From assembly GCA_049287205.1 (NCBI GenBank), contig JBAQFJ010000001.1, positions 319,041 through 383,040 on the forward strand: a DNA stretch of 64,000 bases, given 5' to 3'. The notes beneath the pieces are model-generated. The model ran no database searches. It was not told the origin of the DNA and worked only from the letters and a program-made list of their open reading frames with translations. Every line of letters starts with the position of its first letter. Within the stretch, counting starts at the first letter, position 1. The stretch is from Microgenomates group bacterium (GTDB taxonomy: Bacteria > Patescibacteriota > Microgenomatia > UBA10105 > UBA927). Both the position numbers and the translations under genes were made by a program. Shown here one piece after another: positions 41,668 to 49,564 of the stretch.

Positions 41668-41779
41668 GTATAACGCCATAGGGCAGCATTACTGCGCTAG
41701 TTATACACCGAATTTCAGCATTCTGTCAAGTTTTTGTCAGGTAATTTGTCAGAATACTTTCAGGAAGTCAAAAAAAGAG

Positions 41780-41853
41780 TGCGCGTACATGGATTCGAAC
41801 CATGGACCTTTGCAATGTGAATGCAACGCTCTAGCCAACTGAGCTATACGCGC
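41780..41853 (-). tRNA. tRNA-Val (anticodon CAC), no encoded CCA
   Basis: Manual fold: GCGCGTA acceptor, anticodon loop TTCACAT, T-arm CATGG-TTCGAAT-CCATG. Confidence 0.85.
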
Positions 41854-41902
41854 AACTATCCTATTATATGAGATTTGACCGGCGTAAGACAATCCGACAA
41901 GT

Positions 41903-42502
41903 TTATCCGGATTGCGTTGAAGCAGTACGTTCACTGGAAAGTCCGAACGTTGTGCCGTGTTTTTTATATTTTCCCCAGTAGCCCTTTTTCTTTTTTGAAT
42001 TGGCATTAAATGCGGCAAGCCATGTGCTGCTGTTATCCAAGGTCTCCCTCAGTGATTGCAAAAACGATCTGAGTTGTTCAAAAAAATTAATATGATACAC
42101 GCCGGGATTGACAGGCATTTCCATAATGGCTTTTTCTACTTCCTGATGGAACCCCTTTATGGATTTTGACAACATCTGTAATTCTTTTCTGATGCTTTCC
42201 AATTGCGCCTTGGTTTCTTGGATATCTTTTTGAATAAACGGCTTCATGAGCTCGCTGTTGCTTACCGGTTGTTTCACAGGTGCTTCCGGCTGTACGGCAA
42301 CGGATTCATTTTGTTGTAATTCCTTCGGTGCTTGCGTGCCAAAGATATCGCGAAGCATGTTGTTTCCCATTTCTTGTACAACATCTTGGCTGAGTGTTTT
42401 TCCTACATTCCCACCGATGCTTCTCACTGTTTCCAGCACGTTGTCACCCACAATATATGGGTTTGGTCTCTTCGCATTTGGTTTGGATTGCCCCTGATTC
42501 AT
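41903..42502 (-). CDS. Hypothetical protein (disordered N-terminus, coiled coil, Lys-rich C-terminus)
   Basis: Long ORF with coding-like composition and no recognisable motifs. Confidence 0.4.
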   Translation of the reverse strand: MNQGQSKPNAKRPNPYIVGDNVLETVRSIGGNVGKTLSQDVVQEMGNNMLRDIFGTQAPKELQQNESVAVQPEAPVKQPVSNSELMKPFIQKDIQETKAQLESIRKELQMLSKSIKGFHQEVEKAIMEMPVNPGVYHINFFEQLRSFLQSLRETLDNSSTWLAAFNANSKKKKGYWGKYKKHGTTFGLSSERTASTQSG

Positions 42503-42578
42503 ATAGCGCCCATAGTATACACCTTTTATAGGCAGTGTCTATATGTTTTTTGGTATGAAGCGACGAGTTAACAACTCG

Positions 42579-43436
42579 TTACATGTTTGCGAGCATGTCG
42601 ATCGTTTTTTGGCGTCTCAAGATCGTTGCGAGGTAATAGCGTTGTTTTTCCAATGACGCTTTTTCCTCCGGTGACTTTGCTGTTTTGATGACGGTATCGA
42701 TTTCATCATCAGACACCAAAATGCCTTCTTTGTCCGCAATGTCTTCGAGTGCAAATTCAAGCGTTAATGTGCGTCGTGCTTGTTCTTCGTATTCATGACG
42801 GATACCATCTGCTGTTCTGCCTGTCGAAGTCAGATATTGTTCGACGGTGAGGCCAAGCTTCTTTGTTTGATCGACGAGATCAGAAAGCAAATGATTAACT
42901 TCCTGTTCAATGAGGACTGCCGGAAGTGTTGCTTTAATGGCTGTAAATACTGCAGCCAAGAGTTCATCAAGTGAAATCTTCTTGTCTTTCTCTTGTTCTT
43001 CCTTTGCCGGCTCTTGTCCTGGTACCCAAATTTTGTTTGCTTTTGCGGCTTTTGCTTCTGTTACCGCCTTTTTGTAGTCGGAAAGTGCTATTTCCGGTCG
43101 CTCACAAGTGATGGCAAGAACTTTCCAGTCACTTCCCTCTTTTGCTTCCGTAAGGGTGATTTTTGGCATGACGACTGGATGCAGTTTTTCTTTTTCAACA
43201 GCTTCTGAGTATACTTTTGGAATGATGTGCTGCATTACTTCCTCGTATACTTTATTTTTGTCGAGTTTTGCCTCAACTGCTTCTCGTGGCGCTTTGCCTT
43301 TTCGAAATCCCGGAACTTCGGTTTCTTTGACGAATTCGTCCACAACTTCACTGTAGGTTTTTTGAATATCTCCCCATGGGATGGAAAGCGTTAATTCAAT
43401 TGTTTTGTCTTCAAGACGTTTGATTTGTGTATTCAT
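42579..43436 (-). CDS. tig: Trigger factor, short form apparently lacking the PPIase domain
   Basis: N-terminal ribosome-binding signature VPGFRKGKAP and a C-terminal helical arm domain. At about 285 aa it is too short to hold a central FKBP domain. Confidence 0.7.
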   Translation of the reverse strand: MNTQIKRLEDKTIELTLSIPWGDIQKTYSEVVDEFVKETEVPGFRKGKAPREAVEAKLDKNKVYEEVMQHIIPKVYSEAVEKEKLHPVVMPKITLTEAKEGSDWKVLAITCERPEIALSDYKKAVTEAKAAKANKIWVPGQEPAKEEQEKDKKISLDELLAAVFTAIKATLPAVLIEQEVNHLLSDLVDQTKKLGLTVEQYLTSTGRTADGIRHEYEEQARRTLTLEFALEDIADKEGILVSDDEIDTVIKTAKSPEEKASLEKQRYYLATILRRQKTIDMLANM

Positions 43437-43479
43437 AAAGGGCAGTTTATCATAAATACTTGTGTAAGGACAAGAGAGT

Positions 43480-43890
43480 TTACTTGGTGTCCAGTCCGAG
43501 TGGAAGATCAAGTGTCGGCGGATTTAAGGTCGTATCACTGACGTTTAATGTATTTATTGCGGATGACAGAGATGCGACAGAGCTCTCGATGGTTAAAAAT
43601 GCACTTGTTGTCGCAATACTTGAGAGCGGTTGTGTGGTTGAAATACTTGGTTCCGCAATCGGGGTCGGTGTTATGCTTGTCGTTGTTGGTTTTGTTTTTT
43701 GTATCTGGCTGATGAGCATACCGTAGATACCACCGAGAAGAATAACAGTAACCCCTAACAGAATTGGTACAAGTTTTGATTTTGGTTTTTCCGTATATGG
43801 TTTTTCAACAGAAGGCTGAATATTCGGTTGAAATGCCGGTTCCGGATTTGGGGCTGGTGTTTGTGTTGGTTGTGTTGTTTCTGGATCCAT
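43480..43890 (-). CDS. Hypothetical membrane-anchored Pro/Thr-rich protein
   Basis: One transmembrane segment flanked by PT-rich low-complexity sequence. Confidence 0.4.
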   Translation of the reverse strand: MDPETTQPTQTPAPNPEPAFQPNIQPSVEKPYTEKPKSKLVPILLGVTVILLGGIYGMLISQIQKTKPTTTSITPTPIAEPSISTTQPLSSIATTSAFLTIESSVASLSSAINTLNVSDTTLNPPTLDLPLGLDTK

Positions 43891-43896
43891 AGGTTT

Positions 43897-44706
43897 TTAG
43901 TTTTGGTACCTGAGGAGATTAATAAGTTCCTGCATATACGATTTTCCTTCAGTTAGGTATTGTTTCGCTTCGCCAAGATTTTTCTGAACTCCCACAAACA
44001 TGGTATTCATATCTGCTTCTGTTGTTCCTTTAATCTGACTGTTTGCCGTTGTGATTTGCGTCATTTTTTGTTCAAACAGACTTTGTTTGTTATTAATCTG
44101 TAAAAGCCATCGGTCAATCGTCGCCTGCTTTTCTGGTGAGAAACCTGCAGCATTTGATTTTGCAAGTGTTTGTAACGCATTGTAGGTGACCGTGAATTCG
44201 TTATTGAGTTTTGCAAGATCACCCTGTCCGAGCGCGATGATTGTTTGCCTAATGGATATCTGCAATACGAGATAATGAGATTCAAGTTGTTTTGATACGT
44301 TGGTTGCATCTGCAAGTGCTCCAATAGACGGGATAAGCGCCGCATGTGTTTCCAGAAATTTTACTTCATTTTGGATAAGGGTCTGATACAGGTTTTTGTC
44401 TGATGCCGATAAGCCGGTGTTTTCGTTTAGTTTTTCATTTAAAAAAAGCAGATAGGAGCGAAGCAGTTGATCTTGCTGTGTCAGCATTGCTTTGACTGTG
44501 TCGAGCGCCGTTGTTTCAGATAATAGTGTCTTATATTTGAGGTACTCCGTTCGAGCAACTTTGAAATTATTTTGTTTTGTGCGGTATGTATCGAATTGAT
44601 AGAGGTAATCTTTGTATGCGGTTGCCGAAGATGCAAAGACCTGCCCGTTGGGAAGCAGAAAAAAACAAGTGCATAATAAACAAAGAAGAGCGGTTTTTCC
44701 TCTCAT
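43897..44706 (-). CDS. Hypothetical secreted all-alpha protein
   Basis: N-terminal signal peptide and helical repeats. Confidence 0.45.
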   Translation of the reverse strand: MRGKTALLCLLCTCFFLLPNGQVFASSATAYKDYLYQFDTYRTKQNNFKVARTEYLKYKTLLSETTALDTVKAMLTQQDQLLRSYLLFLNEKLNENTGLSASDKNLYQTLIQNEVKFLETHAALIPSIGALADATNVSKQLESHYLVLQISIRQTIIALGQGDLAKLNNEFTVTYNALQTLAKSNAAGFSPEKQATIDRWLLQINNKQSLFEQKMTQITTANSQIKGTTEADMNTMFVGVQKNLGEAKQYLTEGKSYMQELINLLRYQN

Positions 44707-44748
44707 ATATCCATGCTACAGGGAATTGCCTAACGGGTCAATAATGAT

Positions 44749-45867
44749 TCATTGTACTTTTCGGGGAATGAGCGGGTTTATCCGCGTGGTGATTTCGTAA
44801 TTGATTGTGCCGGTTTGTTCGGCGATCACATCAGCTGAACAGTTGTCTCCAATAATAATTGCTTCATCTTCCCGTTTGATGTTTGGTATTGTTGTGATAT
44901 CGACGCTGATCATATCCATAGACACACGCCCCAGAATTTTTGCCTTTTGTCCGTGAATGAGGACATGCCCGATGCTTGAAAGCGATCTTGGAACGCCGTG
45001 CCAATAGCCGATTGGAAGAATTGCAATGACTGTCGGTTTTTTAACCTGTTCTGTTGCATCATATCCAATTGCATCATTTTTTTGTACCTGTTTGATTTGG
45101 CTGATGATTGTTTTCCAGACAAGTACCGGCTGTAGTGGTAATTTTTTCTCAAATGCTTTACGTATCGCGTGTGATGGCCATAACCCATAGAGACCTAAGC
45201 CAATGCGTACCATATCAAAATGTGATGTGGGGAATGCGATGCATCCTGCGGTTGCCGCAGCATGTTTGATAAGTCCATGAAACCCAGCAGCTTCTATGAG
45301 CAGGTTCGCTTGTTGAAAGAGTTGTATTTGCATGTTTGTGATACTTGGATCAGTAATGTTGCCAGCGGATGAAAAATGTGTGTAGACGCCGGTTGGTTGG
45401 ATGTGACTTTTGGTTAATGTAGATAATACTTTTGGAAGCGCTTCTATGGTAAACCCCTGCCTATGCATGCCTGTATCGATTTTTAAATGAAATAACGGAT
45501 GAGGTTTATGTTTATTTTCTTGCACGATATCACGCAACATGTCTTGATCTGCCACTGTGAGGGTAATGGATTGTTGTATTGCTGTAGCTAACCTGCGACG
45601 AGGCGTGTATCCAAATACGAGAATAGGTTTTGTTATTCCCTGTGTTCTTAGCTGGATAGCTTCATCGAATGAATCCACGCCGAACCAATCAACAGTAGTG
45701 GCATTAAGAATATGCGCGGTTTCTATGAGACCATGGCCGTATGCGTTGGATTTAATGACTGCCATGCAAAAAGTTTTCGGTGAGACATATTCTGTAAATA
45801 GTCGATAGTTTCTGAGAAGCGCTTGTTTGTTTATTTCAATCCATGTCGGATATTGCTGTGTCTTCAT
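44749..45867 (-). CDS. alr: Alanine racemase
   Basis: PLP-binding motif AVIKSNAYGHG. The start is MKTQQYPTWIEINKQALLRNY. The longer ORF-track version runs through the tRNA-Leu gene and is rejected. Confidence 0.85.
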   Translation of the reverse strand: MKTQQYPTWIEINKQALLRNYRLFTEYVSPKTFCMAVIKSNAYGHGLIETAHILNATTVDWFGVDSFDEAIQLRTQGITKPILVFGYTPRRRLATAIQQSITLTVADQDMLRDIVQENKHKPHPLFHLKIDTGMHRQGFTIEALPKVLSTLTKSHIQPTGVYTHFSSAGNITDPSITNMQIQLFQQANLLIEAAGFHGLIKHAAATAGCIAFPTSHFDMVRIGLGLYGLWPSHAIRKAFEKKLPLQPVLVWKTIISQIKQVQKNDAIGYDATEQVKKPTVIAILPIGYWHGVPRSLSSIGHVLIHGQKAKILGRVSMDMISVDITTIPNIKREDEAIIIGDNCSADVIAEQTGTINYEITTRINPLIPRKVQ

Positions 45868-45899
45868 AGAAGGTTCGTATGGTCGGCAGATTTGCTTGG

Positions 45900-45981
45900 T
45901 GCTCTCGAGAGGACTTGAACCTCTAATCCTTACGGAACAAGTTCCTAAAACTTGCGCGTATACCAATTCCGCCACGAGAGC
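45900..45981 (-). tRNA. tRNA-Leu (anticodon TAG), long variable arm
   Basis: Manual fold: GCTCTCG acceptor, D-arm GGCGGAATTGGTATACGC, anticodon loop TTTAGGA, T-arm AGAGG-TTCAAGT-CCTCT. Confidence 0.85.
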
Positions 45982-46012
45982 ATTATTTACTATATGGTTT
46001 CTTTTATATAAA

Positions 46013-46075
46013 GTGCTACACCAGTTCCGCCCGCCTGCAACGCTTTGCGTAGCAATGCGGGCAGGCCACGAGAGC
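46013..46075 (-). pseudogene. Truncated tRNA-Leu 5' fragment interrupted by a hairpin insert
   Basis: The minus strand reads GCTCTCGTGGC-[33-nt hairpin]-GGCGGAACTGGTGTAGCAC. Its ends repeat the acceptor and D-arm sequences of the intact tRNA-Leu 30 nt downstream, and nothing matches beyond the D-arm. Confidence 0.5.
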
Positions 46076-46105
46076 AATGTGTGTATTATATCAGGAAGCG
46101 GATAT

Positions 46106-46134
46106 ATACAAAAACTGCGGGTTTCCCCGCAGTT
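46106..46134 (-). terminator. Rho-independent terminator downstream of the GH73-like gene
   Basis: AACUGCGGG-GAAA-CCCGCAGUU followed by UUUUGU on the minus strand. Confidence 0.7.
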
Positions 46135-46140
46135 TGTTGT

Positions 46141-46704
46141 TTATATAGACATTGCTAATTGATTCGGTTTTTTTGGTTTAAAGGCTTCAATTTCATCCAT
46201 AAAGTGATTTACCTTATATGACCACTGTGGGTCGGCTGCATATTTAGTTCCAATTTTTTCAACAGTGGTTAATCCACGGTCAACATAATTTTGTTTCAAT
46301 CCTTCAGACACTGTCTGAATACCGTGTTCCCATCCGTCAAAGTGTTTTCCATCACTCATGCCGGTAAATATTGCCCATCCCCACGCATTATATGAGTTTT
46401 GTGGGATATGTTGACCAAAATAGGATTCAGTTCCCGCAATAGCGGTAACAAGCTTCCAATCAATGCCTAATCTATCCGCTTCGCTTACGAGTTCTTTTGC
46501 ACTATCTGTAAGCGGTGAGTTTTTAGATGCTAAATACCCTTCAAGATGTGTGACTCGGTCATTGAGTGAATTTAACTCGCCAAACGTTGTCGCAGAAAGG
46601 CTGGCTGTAGCTCCGGCTTCTTTTTCAGCAGCCATTACACCAGAAGGTGTACATATCATAACTGCAAACAAGATTGCAATAATCGTATTCCAAATGTGTT
46701 TCAT
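46141..46704 (-). CDS. Secreted peptidoglycan hydrolase-like protein (GH73 / FlgJ glucosaminidase-like), paralogue A
   Basis: Signal peptide. The segment IDWKLVTAIAGTESYFGQ...NAWGWAIFTG resembles the glucosaminidase catalytic motif (ESGWG...NN.FG). It is paralogous to 47032-47628. Confidence 0.5.
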   Translation of the reverse strand: MKHIWNTIIAILFAVMICTPSGVMAAEKEAGATASLSATTFGELNSLNDRVTHLEGYLASKNSPLTDSAKELVSEADRLGIDWKLVTAIAGTESYFGQHIPQNSYNAWGWAIFTGMSDGKHFDGWEHGIQTVSEGLKQNYVDRGLTTVEKIGTKYAADPQWSYKVNHFMDEIEAFKPKKPNQLAMSI

Positions 46705-47031
46705 AGATCTTTGCTCCTCTATCCCCACGAATATCAAGTTTTCTTGATGTTCATGAAGATGGATAAGCAGGCCTATTGAAGGGTTTAGTAAGCTATTTTC
46801 CTTCGGATTATTGATCCTCGGAAAATCGTGTCTAGTAAGGTTTATCTAGACCACTAAAAAATCCTAAAGCGGACATATAAATACATCTACTTTAGGATCT
46901 GTGTGACAGTATACCCTATAGTTCCCTATTTGTCAAGTCCTATGGGCTACTTTAAATCCATTTTGAGGCTAAAATTGGCCTATTCTACTGTGCTTAAATG
47001 ACCTTTTGAGAGTGTGTTTATAGGTCTATAA

Positions 47032-47628
47032 TCAGCGGATTTGTTCCATGAAGCCTTCGACGCATGTTGCCCAGGAATTTTCCTTGGCAACGGACGGGGG
47101 TGCCCAAATAGCGCCAATTTCCACAAGTTCTGTGATGGATCGGTTGTAATATTTTTCGCGTATATATTGGCCAACCCAATCAATGGCGTGCGGCCAATCA
47201 TTAAACATTTTTCCGTGCTGCTGACCGGTATACACAGCAATACCCCACGCGTTGAATGAGTCCTTTGACGGAATGCGGCTTCCGAGGTTGGATTCACACA
47301 TGGCGATGGCAGGGATCAGACGGAAATCGATTTTGTAAGTATCCGCCGCTTCGATAAATGATTTTGTGTAGGGAAGCATCGGTGAATTTGGTTGAAATTT
47401 TTGTATAAAGGATTTGATAAGCAGTTCTCTGGCGTCCCCTGCTTCAATAGATGCAGCCAATACTTTGCCAGTGCCAATAGGGGCTGATGCGATATCTGTT
47501 GTTTGATACGCATTGATGCGGGCAAATGATGAAGACGGCCTCATCGTAGTTAATAACGTCATATTGACGAGTAAGAGGATGATAATCAACTGAAAACAAA
47601 TCACCACTTTTATGGCTTTTTTCTTCAT
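47032..47628 (-). CDS. Secreted peptidoglycan hydrolase-like protein (GH73 / FlgJ glucosaminidase-like), paralogue B
   Basis: Signal or transmembrane N-terminus. IDFRLIPAIAMCESNLGSR...NAWGIAVYTG, about 35% identical to paralogue A. Confidence 0.5.
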   Translation of the reverse strand: MKKKAIKVVICFQLIIILLLVNMTLLTTMRPSSSFARINAYQTTDIASAPIGTGKVLAASIEAGDARELLIKSFIQKFQPNSPMLPYTKSFIEAADTYKIDFRLIPAIAMCESNLGSRIPSKDSFNAWGIAVYTGQQHGKMFNDWPHAIDWVGQYIREKYYNRSITELVEIGAIWAPPSVAKENSWATCVEGFMEQIR

Positions 47629-47701
47629 ATATCCATGGTGACATAGCCATAGTTCTCTGTCAAGGAAAGTTGATACTAAAGAGCTATATATTCCCGCGGA
47701 T

Positions 47702-47959
47702 TTAGTGTTTTCCTCCAGCGATTAGTTGTATTTTCTGAAGATGTGAGAGTTTCTTAATTTCCGCTTCTCTTTTGAGCGCCTCGCTTTTTGAGGAGGCGGT
47801 TTCATTGAAGACTAATACGGCGGGTCTTTTAGACCTGACATATCGTGAGCCGATCTTGTTTTTTTCGTTATGTTCACGAACTCTTCGTTCAAGATTATTG
47901 GTTATACCAGTATAGAGACTGTTATCTTTACATCTGACTATGTAGATAAACCAATTCAT
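47702..47959 (-). CDS. GIY-YIG nuclease superfamily protein (UPF0213-like)
   Basis: MNWFIYIVRCKDNSLYTGITNNLERRVREHN. The start is placed at the internal Met so the gene does not overlap tRNA-Lys. Confidence 0.75.
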   Translation of the reverse strand: MNWFIYIVRCKDNSLYTGITNNLERRVREHNEKNKIGSRYVRSKRPAVLVFNETASSKSEALKREAEIKKLSHLQKIQLIAGGKH

Positions 47960-47968
47960 AATTAATTG

Positions 47969-48040
47969 TGAGCGCAGGGGGATTTGAACCCTCAACCGTC
48001 TCCTTAAGAGGGAGATGCTCTACCATTGAGCTATGCGCCC
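47969..48040 (-). tRNA. tRNA-Lys (anticodon CTT)
   Basis: Manual fold: GGGCGCA acceptor with a G.U pair, anticodon loop CTCTTAA, T-loop TTCAAAT. Confidence 0.8.
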
Positions 48041-48045
48041 GCATG

Positions 48046-48118
48046 CGCGCTTGGAGGGATTTGAACCCCCGACCCTCTGTTCCGAAGACAGATGCTCTAT
48101 CCACTGAGCTACAAGCGC
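48046..48118 (-). tRNA. tRNA-Arg (anticodon TCG)
   Basis: Manual fold: GCGCTTG acceptor, anticodon loop CTTCGGA, T-arm GGGGG-TTCAAAT-CCCTC. Confidence 0.8.
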
Positions 48119-48169
48119 AAACGTTGCTCATATTATAGCAGTTTTTCGTGATTTGTCGTTTGTAAGAAA

Positions 48170-48712
48170 TTGCTATGTTATACTTTAGCTATGCTTGATA
48201 GGTCTTCATTACGTACAATTTCACTTGCAAAATTGACCGCATTCCTGTTGGCTGCGCTTAGTTTCATTGTGCCTTTTCTCTTAAGTCAGTCTCAATTTCC
48301 TACCGGTGTGTTTGTAAATGCACTCTTGTTTCTTGCGGTATTATTTTTGCCTGCCTCTACTCGATTACCGCTCATTATTTTTCCAAGTCTTGCAGCCTTA
48401 ACGCGAGGTCTTGTATTTGGAAGTTTTACGCCATTTTTGTTGACATTCATTCCGATTATCTGGCTTGGCAACTGGTTATTAACAGTTGTGTTTGATAAAA
48501 CACGTGCAAAATTAGGAATGATTCCAGCAGGAATTTTGGGTGCGGTCGTTAAAAGCGTCGTACTGTTTATAACAGCGACAGTATTTGTTGAGGTGAAACT
48601 TGTTCCAAAATTGTTTTTAACAACGATGGGAACTATACAACTCGTAACCGCACTCGTGGGATTTGTGGTAGCACTTGGAATTTATACCTTTGTTTCTTCT
48701 CGGCGTGTTTGA
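48170..48712 (+). CDS. Small polytopic membrane protein, possibly an ECF-type vitamin transporter S component
   Basis: 180 aa with about six transmembrane segments, the size and topology of BioY or FolT-like S components. It sits beside the folate cluster. There is no diagnostic motif, so the assignment is by inference. Confidence 0.3.
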   Translation: MLCYTLAMLDRSSLRTISLAKLTAFLLAALSFIVPFLLSQSQFPTGVFVNALLFLAVLFLPASTRLPLIIFPSLAALTRGLVFGSFTPFLLTFIPIIWLGNWLLTVVFDKTRAKLGMIPAGILGAVVKSVVLFITATVFVEVKLVPKLFLTTMGTIQLVTALVGFVVALGIYTFVSSRRV

Positions 48713-49557
48713 TGGAGATACGCTTTCCAAACATTTTTCATGAGCATTGCTATCGTCATAGGCCCAACGCCTCCAGGAACGGGTGTAATTGCTGAGGCAA
48801 TTGGGCTCACGGATGCGTAATCAACATCTCCGGTAATTTTACCGTTGTCTCTGTTAATGCCTGCATCAATCACAACTGCTCCTTCTTTTACGTAGGATGC
48901 ATCGACAACATTCGCTTTCCCAATTGCGGCAATCAGGATGTCTGCTTGTTTTGTTATTTCTTGTATATTTTCGGTTTTTGAATGACAGATAGTGACGGTC
49001 GCGTTTTCTCCAAGCAGTAGCATTGCTACTGGTTTTCCAACGAGATTACTCCGTCCTAAAACAACGGCATGCTTGCCTGCAATTGGAATATGATATGCAT
49101 GTAATAGTTCCATAATGCCTGCTGGTGTGCATGGTAGAAATTGATCTTCACACATCGGTCCCCTGCATGTCATAAATGTTCCGACTGTATATGGATGGAA
49201 TCCGTCAACGTCTTTTTCTGGACGAATGAGTTGCATAATGCGTTCTTCTAAATGATGCAACTGTTCTGGGAGTGGAAACTGGACCAGAATTCCATGAATT
49301 GTTGTGTCTGTGTTCAATTCATTGATGGTGGCAAGGAGCGTTTCTTCACTGACGGTTTCTGGAAGAACAATTTTTTTTGAAACGTATCCGATTTCCTTGC
49401 ATGCTTTTTCTTTATTGGCAACATAGACAACAGATCCTGCGTCACTTCCCACGAGGACGACAGCAAGTCCCGGTTTTGGTGAAACAGTTGCTACGGCCGT
49501 TTTAAGAGATTCTCTAATATTTTGGCTGAGTATTTTGCCGTCAAGAATTGTTGCCAT
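48682..49557 (-). CDS. folD: Bifunctional 5,10-methylene-THF dehydrogenase / 5,10-methenyl-THF cyclohydrolase
   Basis: FolD signatures (ILDGK..., VLVGSD..S..YV..K, GxGxVGKP, PGGVGPMT). Confidence 0.9.
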   Translation of the reverse strand: MATILDGKILSQNIRESLKTAVATVSPKPGLAVVLVGSDAGSVVYVANKEKACKEIGYVSKKIVLPETVSEETLLATINELNTDTTIHGILVQFPLPEQLHHLEERIMQLIRPEKDVDGFHPYTVGTFMTCRGPMCEDQFLPCTPAGIMELLHAYHIPIAGKHAVVLGRSNLVGKPVAMLLLGENATVTICHSKTENIQEITKQADILIAAIGKANVVDASYVKEGAVVIDAGINRDNGKITGDVDYASVSPIASAITPVPGGVGPMTIAMLMKNVWKAYLHQTRREETKV

Positions 49558-49564
49558 AGTGTTT

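Noticed and set aside
35869-41679. A search for CRISPR arrays or a diversity-generating retroelement in and around the large repeat-containing gene
   Set aside because: The repeats are in-frame protein-domain repeats (Cys-rich and Cna-B-like). I found no regularly spaced short direct repeats, no cas gene and no reverse transcriptase gene in the window.
41749-42018. 89 aa minus-strand ORF
   Set aside because: It covers the tRNA-Val gene and its flanks, so it is non-coding.
45868-46077. N-terminal 70-codon extension of the alr ORF
   Set aside because: The extension runs through the tRNA-Leu gene and the pseudo-tRNA fragment. The alanine racemase homology begins at MKTQQYPTWIEIN.
47928-48131. 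67 aa minus-strand ORF
   Set aside because: It lies entirely over the tRNA-Lys and tRNA-Arg(TCG) genes.
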